From: Alphaproteobacteria bacterium
GTDB taxonomy: Bacteria; Pseudomonadota; Alphaproteobacteria; Rickettsiales; 21-14-0-20-44-7
Length of the DNA stretch: 64,000 nucleotides
Assembly: GCA_043757405.1 (NCBI GenBank)
Contig: JAYVPI010000001.1
Coordinates: 211,437-275,436 of the forward strand
Direction of reading: 5' to 3'
Positions within the stretch are counted from its first letter, which is position 1. Each line of letters begins with the position of its first letter. The notes below the pieces were generated by a model. It did no database searches and was not told the DNA's origin. It was given only the letters and a program-made list of their open reading frames with translations. The translations under genes and the position numbers were made by a program. Below are positions 20,925 to 28,601 of this stretch, in pieces.

Positions 20925-21145
20925 GTCATTGCGAGCTCTTGCGCGGTGTTGTATGGTAAGACTCCATAACATAAATAAGGACTGTCATCCTCGAACCGAA
21001 GGTTCGGGGATCCAGGGTTAAAGCCACCGGCGGAGTGTTTGATCCTGGATCCCCGCCCAAGTGGGCGAGGATGACGGTGTCTGTTTTTGGTAATCAAATA
21101 TCAATAACTTACCGAGCCATGCAACAATGCCGCTCTTGCAATGAC
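20925..21145. repeat. Composite nested palindromic element: outer GTCATTGCGAG...CTTGCAATGAC, with inner GTCATCC...GGATGAC at 20984-21075
   Basis: The outer arms are imperfect inverted repeats and the inner element has two hairpin modules. The reverse complement closely matches 23849-24119. Confidence 0.8.
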
Positions 21146-21155
21146 GGCTATCATA

Positions 21156-21911
21156 TTAACGGAAGAAGATTCTGATTGCCTCTAATCCCGCCTCACTACC
21201 ATATGGCAAATTGCACATAATCAGCCCGGAGCCGAGTGTGTTGGCGGTTTTGGAGAATATAATTTCCTGCTGCCAAAACTTCGGTAAATTATAGGTTTTT
21301 ATGGTGTCGACCATCACATCATGCGCCCCACTTTTTAAGATTGGGTACCATAGCATGATCACCGTTTCCGGCCATTTCTTGTGGAGCTTGCGGACGAATT
21401 CAGCCGTCTGGCCATATTCATCCTTTATCTCATAACTAGGATCAATCAGCACCAGCCCGCGCCGCACAATCGGCGGCGAAAGCGCCAGGGTTTGGGCGTA
21501 ACCATCTTCATTATGGGTAAATACATTACTGTAATTACCCATATTATCTTTCAAAATCCGAAATTCCTGCGGGTGCAGTTCCATCAAAAACATACGGTCA
21601 TCACGGCGTAGGATTTTATGGGCGATTGTCGGCGAGCCGGGATAAATGTTTTTGGGCAGGGAGTTTAAGATTTTTGTATATGGATGATTGGCAGGGAGTT
21701 TGTTCCGCAAAGCAATAATCCCCGCATTAGCCTCCCCGGTTTTTGTAGATTCGACACTGCTCAAATCATACAGGCCGCGACCGGCATGAGTTTCCATATA
21801 ATAAAGCGGTTTGTCTTTTTGCACCAACTGCTCCAGCACAACCGCCAGCGCCGCGTGTTTTTGGACATCAGCCAGGCATCCGGCATGGTATATATGTTGA
21901 TATGAGAGCAT
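21156..21911 (-). CDS. rlmJ: 23S rRNA (adenine2030-N6)-methyltransferase RlmJ
   Basis: N-terminus MLSYQHIYHAGCLADVQKH. Length is about 250 aa. Confidence 0.85.
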   Translation of the reverse strand: MLSYQHIYHAGCLADVQKHAALAVVLEQLVQKDKPLYYMETHAGRGLYDLSSVESTKTGEANAGIIALRNKLPANHPYTKILNSLPKNIYPGSPTIAHKILRRDDRMFLMELHPQEFRILKDNMGNYSNVFTHNEDGYAQTLALSPPIVRRGLVLIDPSYEIKDEYGQTAEFVRKLHKKWPETVIMLWYPILKSGAHDVMVDTIKTYNLPKFWQQEIIFSKTANTLGSGLIMCNLPYGSEAGLEAIRIFFR

Positions 21912-21927
21912 GAATTAGAAATTGAAT

Positions 21928-22218
21928 TTAGCGCATTATATCGGCTTTAGCTTGAGAAGCTGTAAGTGCATTAGCGTTAAAACCATTCTGCTTTGCGGTT
22001 GCCATAATAAAATCTCTTTGAGTGGCCGCAATACCTATGGGCATATTTGATATATCAATTGTGACTCTAAATCGCGGTATATCAACATCTAGCTTGAAAT
22101 ACTTTAATATATCTCTGAATGCCGGTTCTCTAAGTATCCAGAAATTAATATTTATTGCGGCAGGAGCTATTGGCTGCTGGCTTATTACTATATGCGTTAA
22201 TTCTTCTGGTTTCACCAT
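21928..22218 (-). CDS. Hypothetical protein (start uncertain)
   Basis: The track ORF extends to 22293, but that GTG lies inside the tRNA. The first ATG is at 22218. The region is AT-rich and no family is recognised. Confidence 0.35.
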   Translation of the reverse strand: MVKPEELTHIVISQQPIAPAAININFWILREPAFRDILKYFKLDVDIPRFRVTIDISNMPIGIAATQRDFIMATAKQNGFNANALTASQAKADIMR

Positions 22219-22263
22219 ATACAAAGATATATGCGATATCTTAACAAATGTCAATATTTGAAG

Positions 22264-22348
22264 TGGTGCGGTTAAAAAGACTCGAACTTTCACCCCGTGA
22301 AGGACAGCGACCTCAACGCTGCGCGTCTACCAATTCCGCCATAACCGC
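22264..22348 (-). tRNA. tRNA-Leu (anticodon GAG), class II, CCA encoded
   Basis: Manual fold: acceptor GCGGTTA/TAACCGC; anticodon stem CAGCG/CGCTG with loop TTGAGGT; long variable arm; T-loop TTCGAGT. The 3' end is ACCA. Confidence 0.85.
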
Positions 22349-22395
22349 ACACTGGAAGCGGGTTTAGCAGGGGGCAGAAAAAGAATCAACTGATT

Positions 22396-22455
22396 TCGTT
22401 TATCGTTGATCGTTGATCGTAAATTGTATAACGGTAAACGATCAACGATAAACGA
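22396..22455. repeat. TCGTTGATCG-type palindromic element (copy 1)
   Basis: TCGTTTATCGTTGATCGTT and AACGATCAACGATAAACGA are perfect 19-bp arms around AAATTGTATA. The element is related to 46953-47024. Confidence 0.7.
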
Positions 22456-22459
22456 GCTC

Positions 22460-23071
22460 ATGCAAATCATAAGATCAAACGAGCTGGTAGATTATCCTTC
22501 GGCGCTTTCCTTCATGGAAAACCGGGTGGACGCGATTATTGAGGGCACGGCGGAAAACACGCTTTGGCTGCTGGAACATCCGCCACTATACACTTCAGGT
22601 ACCTCAGCCAAAATCTCGGATTTATTGCAGCCGGAATTTCCAGTTTACAAGGCCGGGCGTGGCGGGGAATATACTTATCACGGGCCAGGGCAGCGCGTGG
22701 TTTATGTTATGCGGCGGCTGGAGAAACATGACTTGCGGGCCTATGTGCGGGATTTGGAACAGTGGATAATCAATACGCTGGCGCATTTTGGGATCATGGG
22801 TGAGCGGCGTGAGGGGCGGATTGGAATTTGGGTGGCGGCGAATGGCAGCGAAGCAAAAATCGCAGCACTGGGAATCCGCGTGCGGAAATGGGTGGCTTAT
22901 CATGGGATCGCGATCAACGTGAAACCGGATTTGCGCCATTTTGGCGGAATTGTTCCCTGTGGGATTTCAGAATTTGGGGTGACATCGTTTGAGAAACTGG
23001 GAGTGAAAGTTTCGCTGAATGAAGTGGATGAAGTTTTGATTGAGGAATTCATAAAATTATTTAAAAACTAA
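22460..23071 (+). CDS. lipB: Octanoyltransferase LipB
   Basis: Contains [11 protein letters not shown] and [17 protein letters not shown]. The start is set at MQIIRSNE; the upstream part of the track ORF runs through the palindrome. Confidence 0.9.
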   Translation: MQIIRSNELVDYPSALSFMENRVDAIIEGTAENTLWLLEHPPLYTSGTSAKISDLLQPEFPVYKAGRGGEYTYHGPGQRVVYVMRRLEKHDLRAYVRDLEQWIINTLAHFGIMGERREGRIGIWVAANGSEAKIAALGIRVRKWVAYHGIAINVKPDLRHFGGIVPCGISEFGVTSFEKLGVKVSLNEVDEVLIEEFIKLFKN

Positions 23072-23072
23072 C

Positions 23073-23119
23073 GTCATCCTGAGCATAGCGAAGGATCTTT
23101 CGCTTGCGCTCAAGATGAC
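23073..23119. repeat. 48-bp-type palindromic element (GTCATYCTGAGCGCAAGCGAAGGATC... family), intergenic copy
   Basis: GTCATCCTGAGCATAGCGAAGGATCTTTCGCTTGCGCTCAAGATGAC begins 2 nt after the lipB stop. Confidence 0.8.
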
Positions 23120-23133
23120 GTATAGATGGAATT

Positions 23134-23841
23134 ATGAAGCTAATAATCTCCCCTGCTAAAACCCTGGATTTTGAAACACCGGCGCAAACCAAAAAATTCA
23201 CGCAGCCGCTTTTTAAAGATGAGACGAAAAAACTACTTGGTAATCTGGAAAAATTCTCAGCTAAGAAAATTGGTGCGCTGATGCATATCAGCCCAAAACT
23301 TGCGGCACTGAATTATGAGCGATTTCAGAATTTTGCGGGACAGCCGAAGAAACAGGCCATCCTTGCATTTGACGGCGATGTTTATCTGGGACTGCAGGCG
23401 GGCGATTTTACGGAAGTCGAATTGTTATTTGCGCAAGAGCATTTATTTATTCTATCCGGACTTTATGGTTTGTTGCGGCCATTGGATTTGATCCAGGCCT
23501 ATCGTTTGGAAATGGGAACGGAACTAAAGCCGAACTTATATAAATTCTGGGGCGATAAGCTGACCAATACAATCGGTGATGAATTGGTCATCAACCTCGC
23601 CTCTGTCGAATATTCCAGCGCAGTGAAGCCAAAAAATATGATCAATGTGCATTTCAAAGAAATGAAAAACGGCAAGCCGGCTGTGGTTGCATTATTCGCC
23701 AAAAAAGCGCGCGGCATGATGGCGCGGTTTGTTATTAAAAATCGGGTGGCGGACGCTGAAGGATTAAAGGAGTTTGCGGATAGTGGATATAAGTTTTCCA
23801 AACAATCTTCTAACATAACTAACTTTGTATTTATTAGATAA
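23134..23841 (+). CDS. yaaA: Peroxide stress protein YaaA (UPF0246)
   Basis: N-terminus MKLIISPAKTLDF. Length is 235 aa. Confidence 0.85.
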   Translation: MKLIISPAKTLDFETPAQTKKFTQPLFKDETKKLLGNLEKFSAKKIGALMHISPKLAALNYERFQNFAGQPKKQAILAFDGDVYLGLQAGDFTEVELLFAQEHLFILSGLYGLLRPLDLIQAYRLEMGTELKPNLYKFWGDKLTNTIGDELVINLASVEYSSAVKPKNMINVHFKEMKNGKPAVVALFAKKARGMMARFVIKNRVADAEGLKEFADSGYKFSKQSSNITNFVFIR

Positions 23842-23848
23842 GTTTATT

Positions 23849-24119
23849 GTCATTGTGGGCTTAGCCAGCGTTGTTGCATGGCTCGGAAAGTTATTGATAT
23901 TTGGTCACCAAAAACAGACGCCGTCATCCTCGCCCGCTTGGGCGGGGATCCAGGGTCGAACACTCCGTAGGTGTCTGTAGCCCTGGATCCCCGAACCTTC
24001 GGTTCGAGGATGACAGTCTTTATTCGTGCTATGGAATCTTAACCATGCAACAACGCCGCTTAAAGCCGTAATCAATCTCCATGCTTGAGTTGAGATTGCG
24101 GCTCGTAGGCCGCAATGAC
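23849..24119. repeat. Composite nested palindromic element, inverted copy of 20925-21145 (inner element 23923-24014)
   Basis: Aligns base for base, with few differences, to the reverse complement of 20925-21145. It carries an extra hairpin, ATTGCGGCTCGTAGGCCGCAAT. Confidence 0.8.
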
Positions 24120-24131
24120 AGAGTTAGATAA

Positions 24132-25952
24132 TTAGTGGAAAAAATTATAAACTATCTCAGCCGTCTTGGCGTTAATCCCCTCAACCGTCTGTAAATCTTT
24201 TACACTTGCTTCTTTTATCGCGCCCACTGAACCGAAGTGATGGAGCAAAGCTTTTTTACGCACCGCCCCTACTCCGCTGATTTCATCCAGCCCGGATTTC
24301 ACAAAATCTTTTGCGCGTTTGGCGCGGTGCGTTGTGATGGCAAAGCGGTGGGCTTCGTCGCGGATGCGTTGCATGAAATAAGCGAGCTCACTGCCTTTAC
24401 GAAGGCGGAATGGGGCGCGGCCAACCATATGATATTCTTCGTTTCCAGCGTTGCGCTCAGGCCCTTTGGCGATAGCGATTAGGGTAACGGCGCTGACTCC
24501 CATATCATCGAAAACTTGTTTCGCGGCGCTCAATTGCCCTGCCCCGCCGTCGATTAACACTACATCCGGCAACACCCATTCATCCGTTTTTGCGCGTGCA
24601 AAGCGGCGGGTCAGCACTTCACGCATCATGGCGAAGTCGTCATTGCCAGCTGCGGTTTTGATGTTGAATTTACGGTATGATTTTTTGTCCATGCCATTTT
24701 CGTTGATGACAATCATCGCGCCTATGGAATTTGTGCCGGAGATGTGGCTGTTGTCATAAACCTCAATGCGTTCCGGCTGGCCGTCGAGTTTAAATTCTTC
24801 GCAAAAAAGTTTCAGCAATTTTTTCTGCGTTGCGTTTTCCGCCATGCGCCGTGCCAAAGCTTCCTGCGCATTGCGCTCGCCTTGCTTCAAAAGCACTAGT
24901 TTATCGCCCTTTTGCGGATTCTCAATTTCAACTTTGTGACCCGATTTTATAGCCAGCGCTTCTTCAATTACTGATTTATCTTCCAGTGCCGTATTAATAA
25001 TAATTACTTTTGGAATCGGATTGCTTTGATAAAATTGCATCAAAAATTCCTGCGGCATTTCGCTTTCTTGCATGCCTTCATGATAAGTTGGGAAATATGA
25101 GTTGTTGCCATAGTTAAAACCGTTCCTAATAAATGTCACCTCAACGCAAATTTTTCCGGCCTCGTTATAAAACGCAACTGCATCAAGATTTGTATCGGAT
25201 GACATATTCATCCTGCTTTCCGATTGCACGCGGGATAATGCATAAATACGATCGCGCATTGTCGCGGCCCGCTCAAAATCCATATGGTCGGAGGCTTGCT
25301 GCATTTGTTTTGACAACTCGCCTTGCACATCAGAAGTTTTGCCGGAAAGGAATTTCGCCGCCTGGCTTTCAATTTCTTTATAATCTTCCAATGAGATTTT
25401 TTCTACGCATGGAGCGGCGCAACGCTTGATTTGATATTCAAGGCATGGGCGAGTGCGTGAGGCTAAGGTTGCATCAGTGCAGGTGCGTAGCGGAAAGGCT
25501 TTTTGCAAATGATTGAGAGTTTGCATCACGATTCCAGCGGATACAAACGGGCCGAAATATTGCCCCTTGCGCGTCTGCTTGCCGCGGAATTTGAGCATCA
25601 TATTATAATCTTTATCGCCGGTAAGCAGGATATACGGAAAAGATTTACCGTCTTTGAGGAGGATATTATAACGCGGCTGCAATTCATGGACGAGGTTGGA
25701 TTCCAGCAATAACGCCTCCGCTTCGGATTTTGTGACGTTGAATTGCATCGAGCGTGTAAGCGAAATCATCACCTGCAGCCGGTATGGCAGCGCCTCAGGC
25801 CGCGTATAACTGGCCACCCGCTTAGGTAACGACTTGGCCTTGCCAATATAAAGGGGGGCGCCTTTTTCATCGAGGAAACGATAAACACCCGCCGAATCCG
25901 GCATCTTCTTGATATGCTCACGGATGATTTCGATGCTGGTTTTTAAGGACAT
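24132..25952 (-). CDS. uvrC: Excinuclease ABC subunit C
   Basis: GIY-YIG N-terminus (GVYRFLDEKGAPLYIGKAKSL) and a C-terminal HhH are present. Length is 606 aa. Confidence 0.95.
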   Translation of the reverse strand: MSLKTSIEIIREHIKKMPDSAGVYRFLDEKGAPLYIGKAKSLPKRVASYTRPEALPYRLQVMISLTRSMQFNVTKSEAEALLLESNLVHELQPRYNILLKDGKSFPYILLTGDKDYNMMLKFRGKQTRKGQYFGPFVSAGIVMQTLNHLQKAFPLRTCTDATLASRTRPCLEYQIKRCAAPCVEKISLEDYKEIESQAAKFLSGKTSDVQGELSKQMQQASDHMDFERAATMRDRIYALSRVQSESRMNMSSDTNLDAVAFYNEAGKICVEVTFIRNGFNYGNNSYFPTYHEGMQESEMPQEFLMQFYQSNPIPKVIIINTALEDKSVIEEALAIKSGHKVEIENPQKGDKLVLLKQGERNAQEALARRMAENATQKKLLKLFCEEFKLDGQPERIEVYDNSHISGTNSIGAMIVINENGMDKKSYRKFNIKTAAGNDDFAMMREVLTRRFARAKTDEWVLPDVVLIDGGAGQLSAAKQVFDDMGVSAVTLIAIAKGPERNAGNEEYHMVGRAPFRLRKGSELAYFMQRIRDEAHRFAITTHRAKRAKDFVKSGLDEISGVGAVRKKALLHHFGSVGAIKEASVKDLQTVEGINAKTAEIVYNFFH

Positions 25953-26007
25953 GCGTTAATATCTGTTAATTTACCTTGATTGCGCTTGCTGGAACTATAT
26001 AATAACT

Positions 26008-26730
26008 ATGAAACTTAATGGAATAATAAATACACCTACATCTGATATGCACAGAAGATTTTTTACTGAAGAGGATATATGCAAGTTAAGCGCTGACTTA
26101 GCTAAATATATACCTAGATTTTTATTTGAAGAAGCTTTTGGGGAGGATGATAGCAAACATATGATCACCAGCTTACCCTCAGGAGCCAGGATCATTATGC
26201 CTAAAAATCCCCGAACATTAGATCGACTATATGATGCACTATTAGAGTTTGGTCTTATCTATGGTATGGCTCGAAAGGAACATCATATTGAAATTGACGC
26301 TGCGGAAGCTAGGGAATGTTTGGACTATGCGCATAAGTTAGAAAAATACATTGGCACAAAACTAGAAGCCGCATTACATAATACAACTTACTACACGTGC
26401 TTTAGTCAAATGGTGGAATCGGGTTTTGATGTAGTTGAAGATAAAATTGATCCTATAATCCAATGGAGACCGCTCGAAACCGATATAACATTATTTTTTC
26501 CGCCAATGGATGATCAATTAATAGGTTATGCGTCAATACCTGCAATTGATAATTTTACACGTGCGACACGATCACTCAGAGATGACGTTTGTGTTAGAGA
26601 GCATATAATAGAAAAAACGGCAGTTATTATACGTATGGATTCGGAAAAGTTGCTTACTAGATTAGGTATTAATCCTAATGCAGTACAATTTATAAACGTT
26701 GCTAAGGGTATTGAAAGAAGCGCAGATTAG
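26008..26730 (+). CDS. Hypothetical protein (240 aa)
   Basis: ORF in an AT-rich spacer between uvrC and mutL. I recognise no family. Confidence 0.5.
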   Translation: MKLNGIINTPTSDMHRRFFTEEDICKLSADLAKYIPRFLFEEAFGEDDSKHMITSLPSGARIIMPKNPRTLDRLYDALLEFGLIYGMARKEHHIEIDAAEARECLDYAHKLEKYIGTKLEAALHNTTYYTCFSQMVESGFDVVEDKIDPIIQWRPLETDITLFFPPMDDQLIGYASIPAIDNFTRATRSLRDDVCVREHIIEKTAVIIRMDSEKLLTRLGINPNAVQFINVAKGIERSAD

Positions 26731-28490
26731 CCTTTTCGCCCAAACAGCTTCTCTACATCACTCAACTTTAATTCCACATATGTCGGCCGGCCGTGGTTGC
26801 ATTGGCCGGAGTGTGGCGTGGCTTCCATTTGGCGGAGCATTTCGTCCATTTCCTGGATGCTGAGTTTGCGGCCAGCGCGGATGGAATTGTGGCAGGCGGC
26901 GGTTTCCAATACATGCTCAAAAGCTTGCATCAGGCTCAAATCGGAGCCATGTTCGATGATGTCGTCGGCGATGTCTTTTAATAATTCGGAGGCGGAATGT
27001 TTGGTGAGTAAAGTAGGGATTTGCCGAACTTCGATTTCTCCCGCGCCAAATTTCTCAACTTCAAAGCCGAATTTGCTCAACACAAGTTTGAGGTTGAGGA
27101 TGATGTCTAATTGTTTTTCATTCAAGCGTATAATTTCGGGAACTAGCAAAGGCTGTTTTTGCAGACGGTTTTCGTCAATCTGGCTTTTGTAATTCTCATA
27201 AACCAGGCGCTCATGCGCTGCGTGTTGATCGACAATTACGATTGAATTTGCGGTTTCGGCTATAATATAAGTCGCATGCAATTGCGCCTTGGCGTGGCCG
27301 AGCGGATACCCTTCCCCAGCCCCTTCCTTGAGGGAAGAGGCTTCAATTATCTCCTCCTCCCTCAGGAAGGAGGTCGGGTGGAGGGTAAACGCCACGGCCT
27401 CTTCGCGCAGCGGCAGATAATTTGTTTGCGGCGCGTTGTAATAAGCGTTCTTATAAGCCGCTCCTGCATTATTGCGCGACATAGAGTGCAACGCGAAATC
27501 GGCAATCGTCGTCGAGGCTTTGTGGCCAGCAGAGCTGATGGCGCCGCGCAGGGCGGAAATTAATAAGCCGCTCATCATGCGGCCATCACGAAAACGGACT
27601 TCAGATTTGGCGGGGTGGACGTTGACATCAACTTCGGCGCTGGGAATTGTGATGAATAGCGCCAAAGCCGGAAAGCGGCCGCCGCCGAGGAAATCGGCAT
27701 AGGCGGCGCGGATCGCCCCTTGGAGGACTTTGTCTTTTACCGGACGGTTATTGACAAAGATATACTGGCTCTCGCTGGTGCGGCGGTTATAGGTTGGGAT
27801 GCCTGCGAAACCGGTGAGTTTTATGTCTCCGCGTATGGCGTCAATGGCGACGGAGTTGTCTCCGAAGTCATCACCGATAATATCAGATATTCTTTGCACT
27901 GGCGATGCGGGTAGGAAATGTAGTTTTTCTTTGCCGTCAACTTCAACTCTAAACGCAGTTTCAGGATTGGCCATAGCGATTTTGCGGATGATATCCAGGC
28001 ACTGCGATTTTTCGCTATCATCGGTTTTTAGAAATTTCAGGCGTGCGGGAGTGGCGAAGAATAAGTCACGCACATCAATTTTAGTGCCAGCGTGCGTTGG
28101 GGTTGGCTGTATCTCGCTAACATCGCCGCCGATAACTTCGATTTTCGCACCGCGGCTGCTGATTTTCAACTTTGCTACGGAGCCGATTGCGGGCAATGCC
28201 TCACCCCGGAAGCCGAAAAAGCGAATATTGAAAAGGTCATCGTCCAGTAATTTGGAAGTGGCGTGGCGTTGCACTGCCAGTTTCAATTCCTCGGCATTCA
28301 TGCCTATGCCATCGTCGGAAATGCTGATTAAGTTTTTTCCGCCAGCTTCGATTTTTATTTCGATATTTTTTGCACCGGCATCGAGGGAGTTTTCCACCAG
28401 CTCTTTAACTGCGGAACTTGGACGCTCAAGCACCTCACCGGCGGCGATGCGGTTGATTATATTTTGCGGGAGAAGGCGGATTATGGTCAT
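26727..28490 (-). CDS. mutL: DNA mismatch repair protein MutL
   Basis: Contains INRIAAGEVLERPSSAVKELVENSLDAGA. Length is 587 aa. Confidence 0.95.
   Translation of the reverse strand: MTIIRLLPQNIINRIAAGEVLERPSSAVKELVENSLDAGAKNIEIKIEAGGKNLISISDDGIGMNAEELKLAVQRHATSKLLDDDLFNIRFFGFRGEALPAIGSVAKLKISSRGAKIEVIGGDVSEIQPTPTHAGTKIDVRDLFFATPARLKFLKTDDSEKSQCLDIIRKIAMANPETAFRVEVDGKEKLHFLPASPVQRISDIIGDDFGDNSVAIDAIRGDIKLTGFAGIPTYNRRTSESQYIFVNNRPVKDKVLQGAIRAAYADFLGGGRFPALALFITIPSAEVDVNVHPAKSEVRFRDGRMMSGLLISALRGAISSAGHKASTTIADFALHSMSRNNAGAAYKNAYYNAPQTNYLPLREEAVAFTLHPTSFLREEEIIEASSLKEGAGEGYPLGHAKAQLHATYIIAETANSIVIVDQHAAHERLVYENYKSQIDENRLQKQPLLVPEIIRLNEKQLDIILNLKLVLSKFGFEVEKFGAGEIEVRQIPTLLTKHSASELLKDIADDIIEHGSDLSLMQAFEHVLETAACHNSIRAGRKLSIQEMDEMLRQMEATPHSGQCNHGRPTYVELKLSDVEKLFGRKG
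27301..27385. repeat. CCTCC/GGAGG double-hairpin element inserted in frame in the mutL linker
   Basis: The reverse complement aligns with 57667-57747 in thiC. It encodes ...PTSFLREEEIIEASSLKEGAGEGYP... Confidence 0.7.
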
Positions 28491-28545
28491 GAAGCCAGAT
28501 TAGCTTTCTCGCCTCAGTTGTGCAACTTAAATAGACTTTGGTCAT

Positions 28546-28594
28546 CAGTCTTCGGACTTCAATAATTATTTAAAAACTGACGTCTGATGTCTGG
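28546..28594. repeat. GTCTTCGGAC/TCAGAC-family element, short ORF-less copy
   Basis: The sequence is CAGTCTTCGGACTTCA...CTGACGTCTGATGTCTGG, between the mutL start and the rne stop. Confidence 0.4.
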
Positions 28595-28601
28595 CGACTA
28601 A

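Noticed and set aside
20879-21097. 72-aa ORF between pyrG and rlmJ
   Set aside because: It is encoded entirely by the composite palindromic element, which is open in this frame as its relatives are inside genes. It has no start or SD context.
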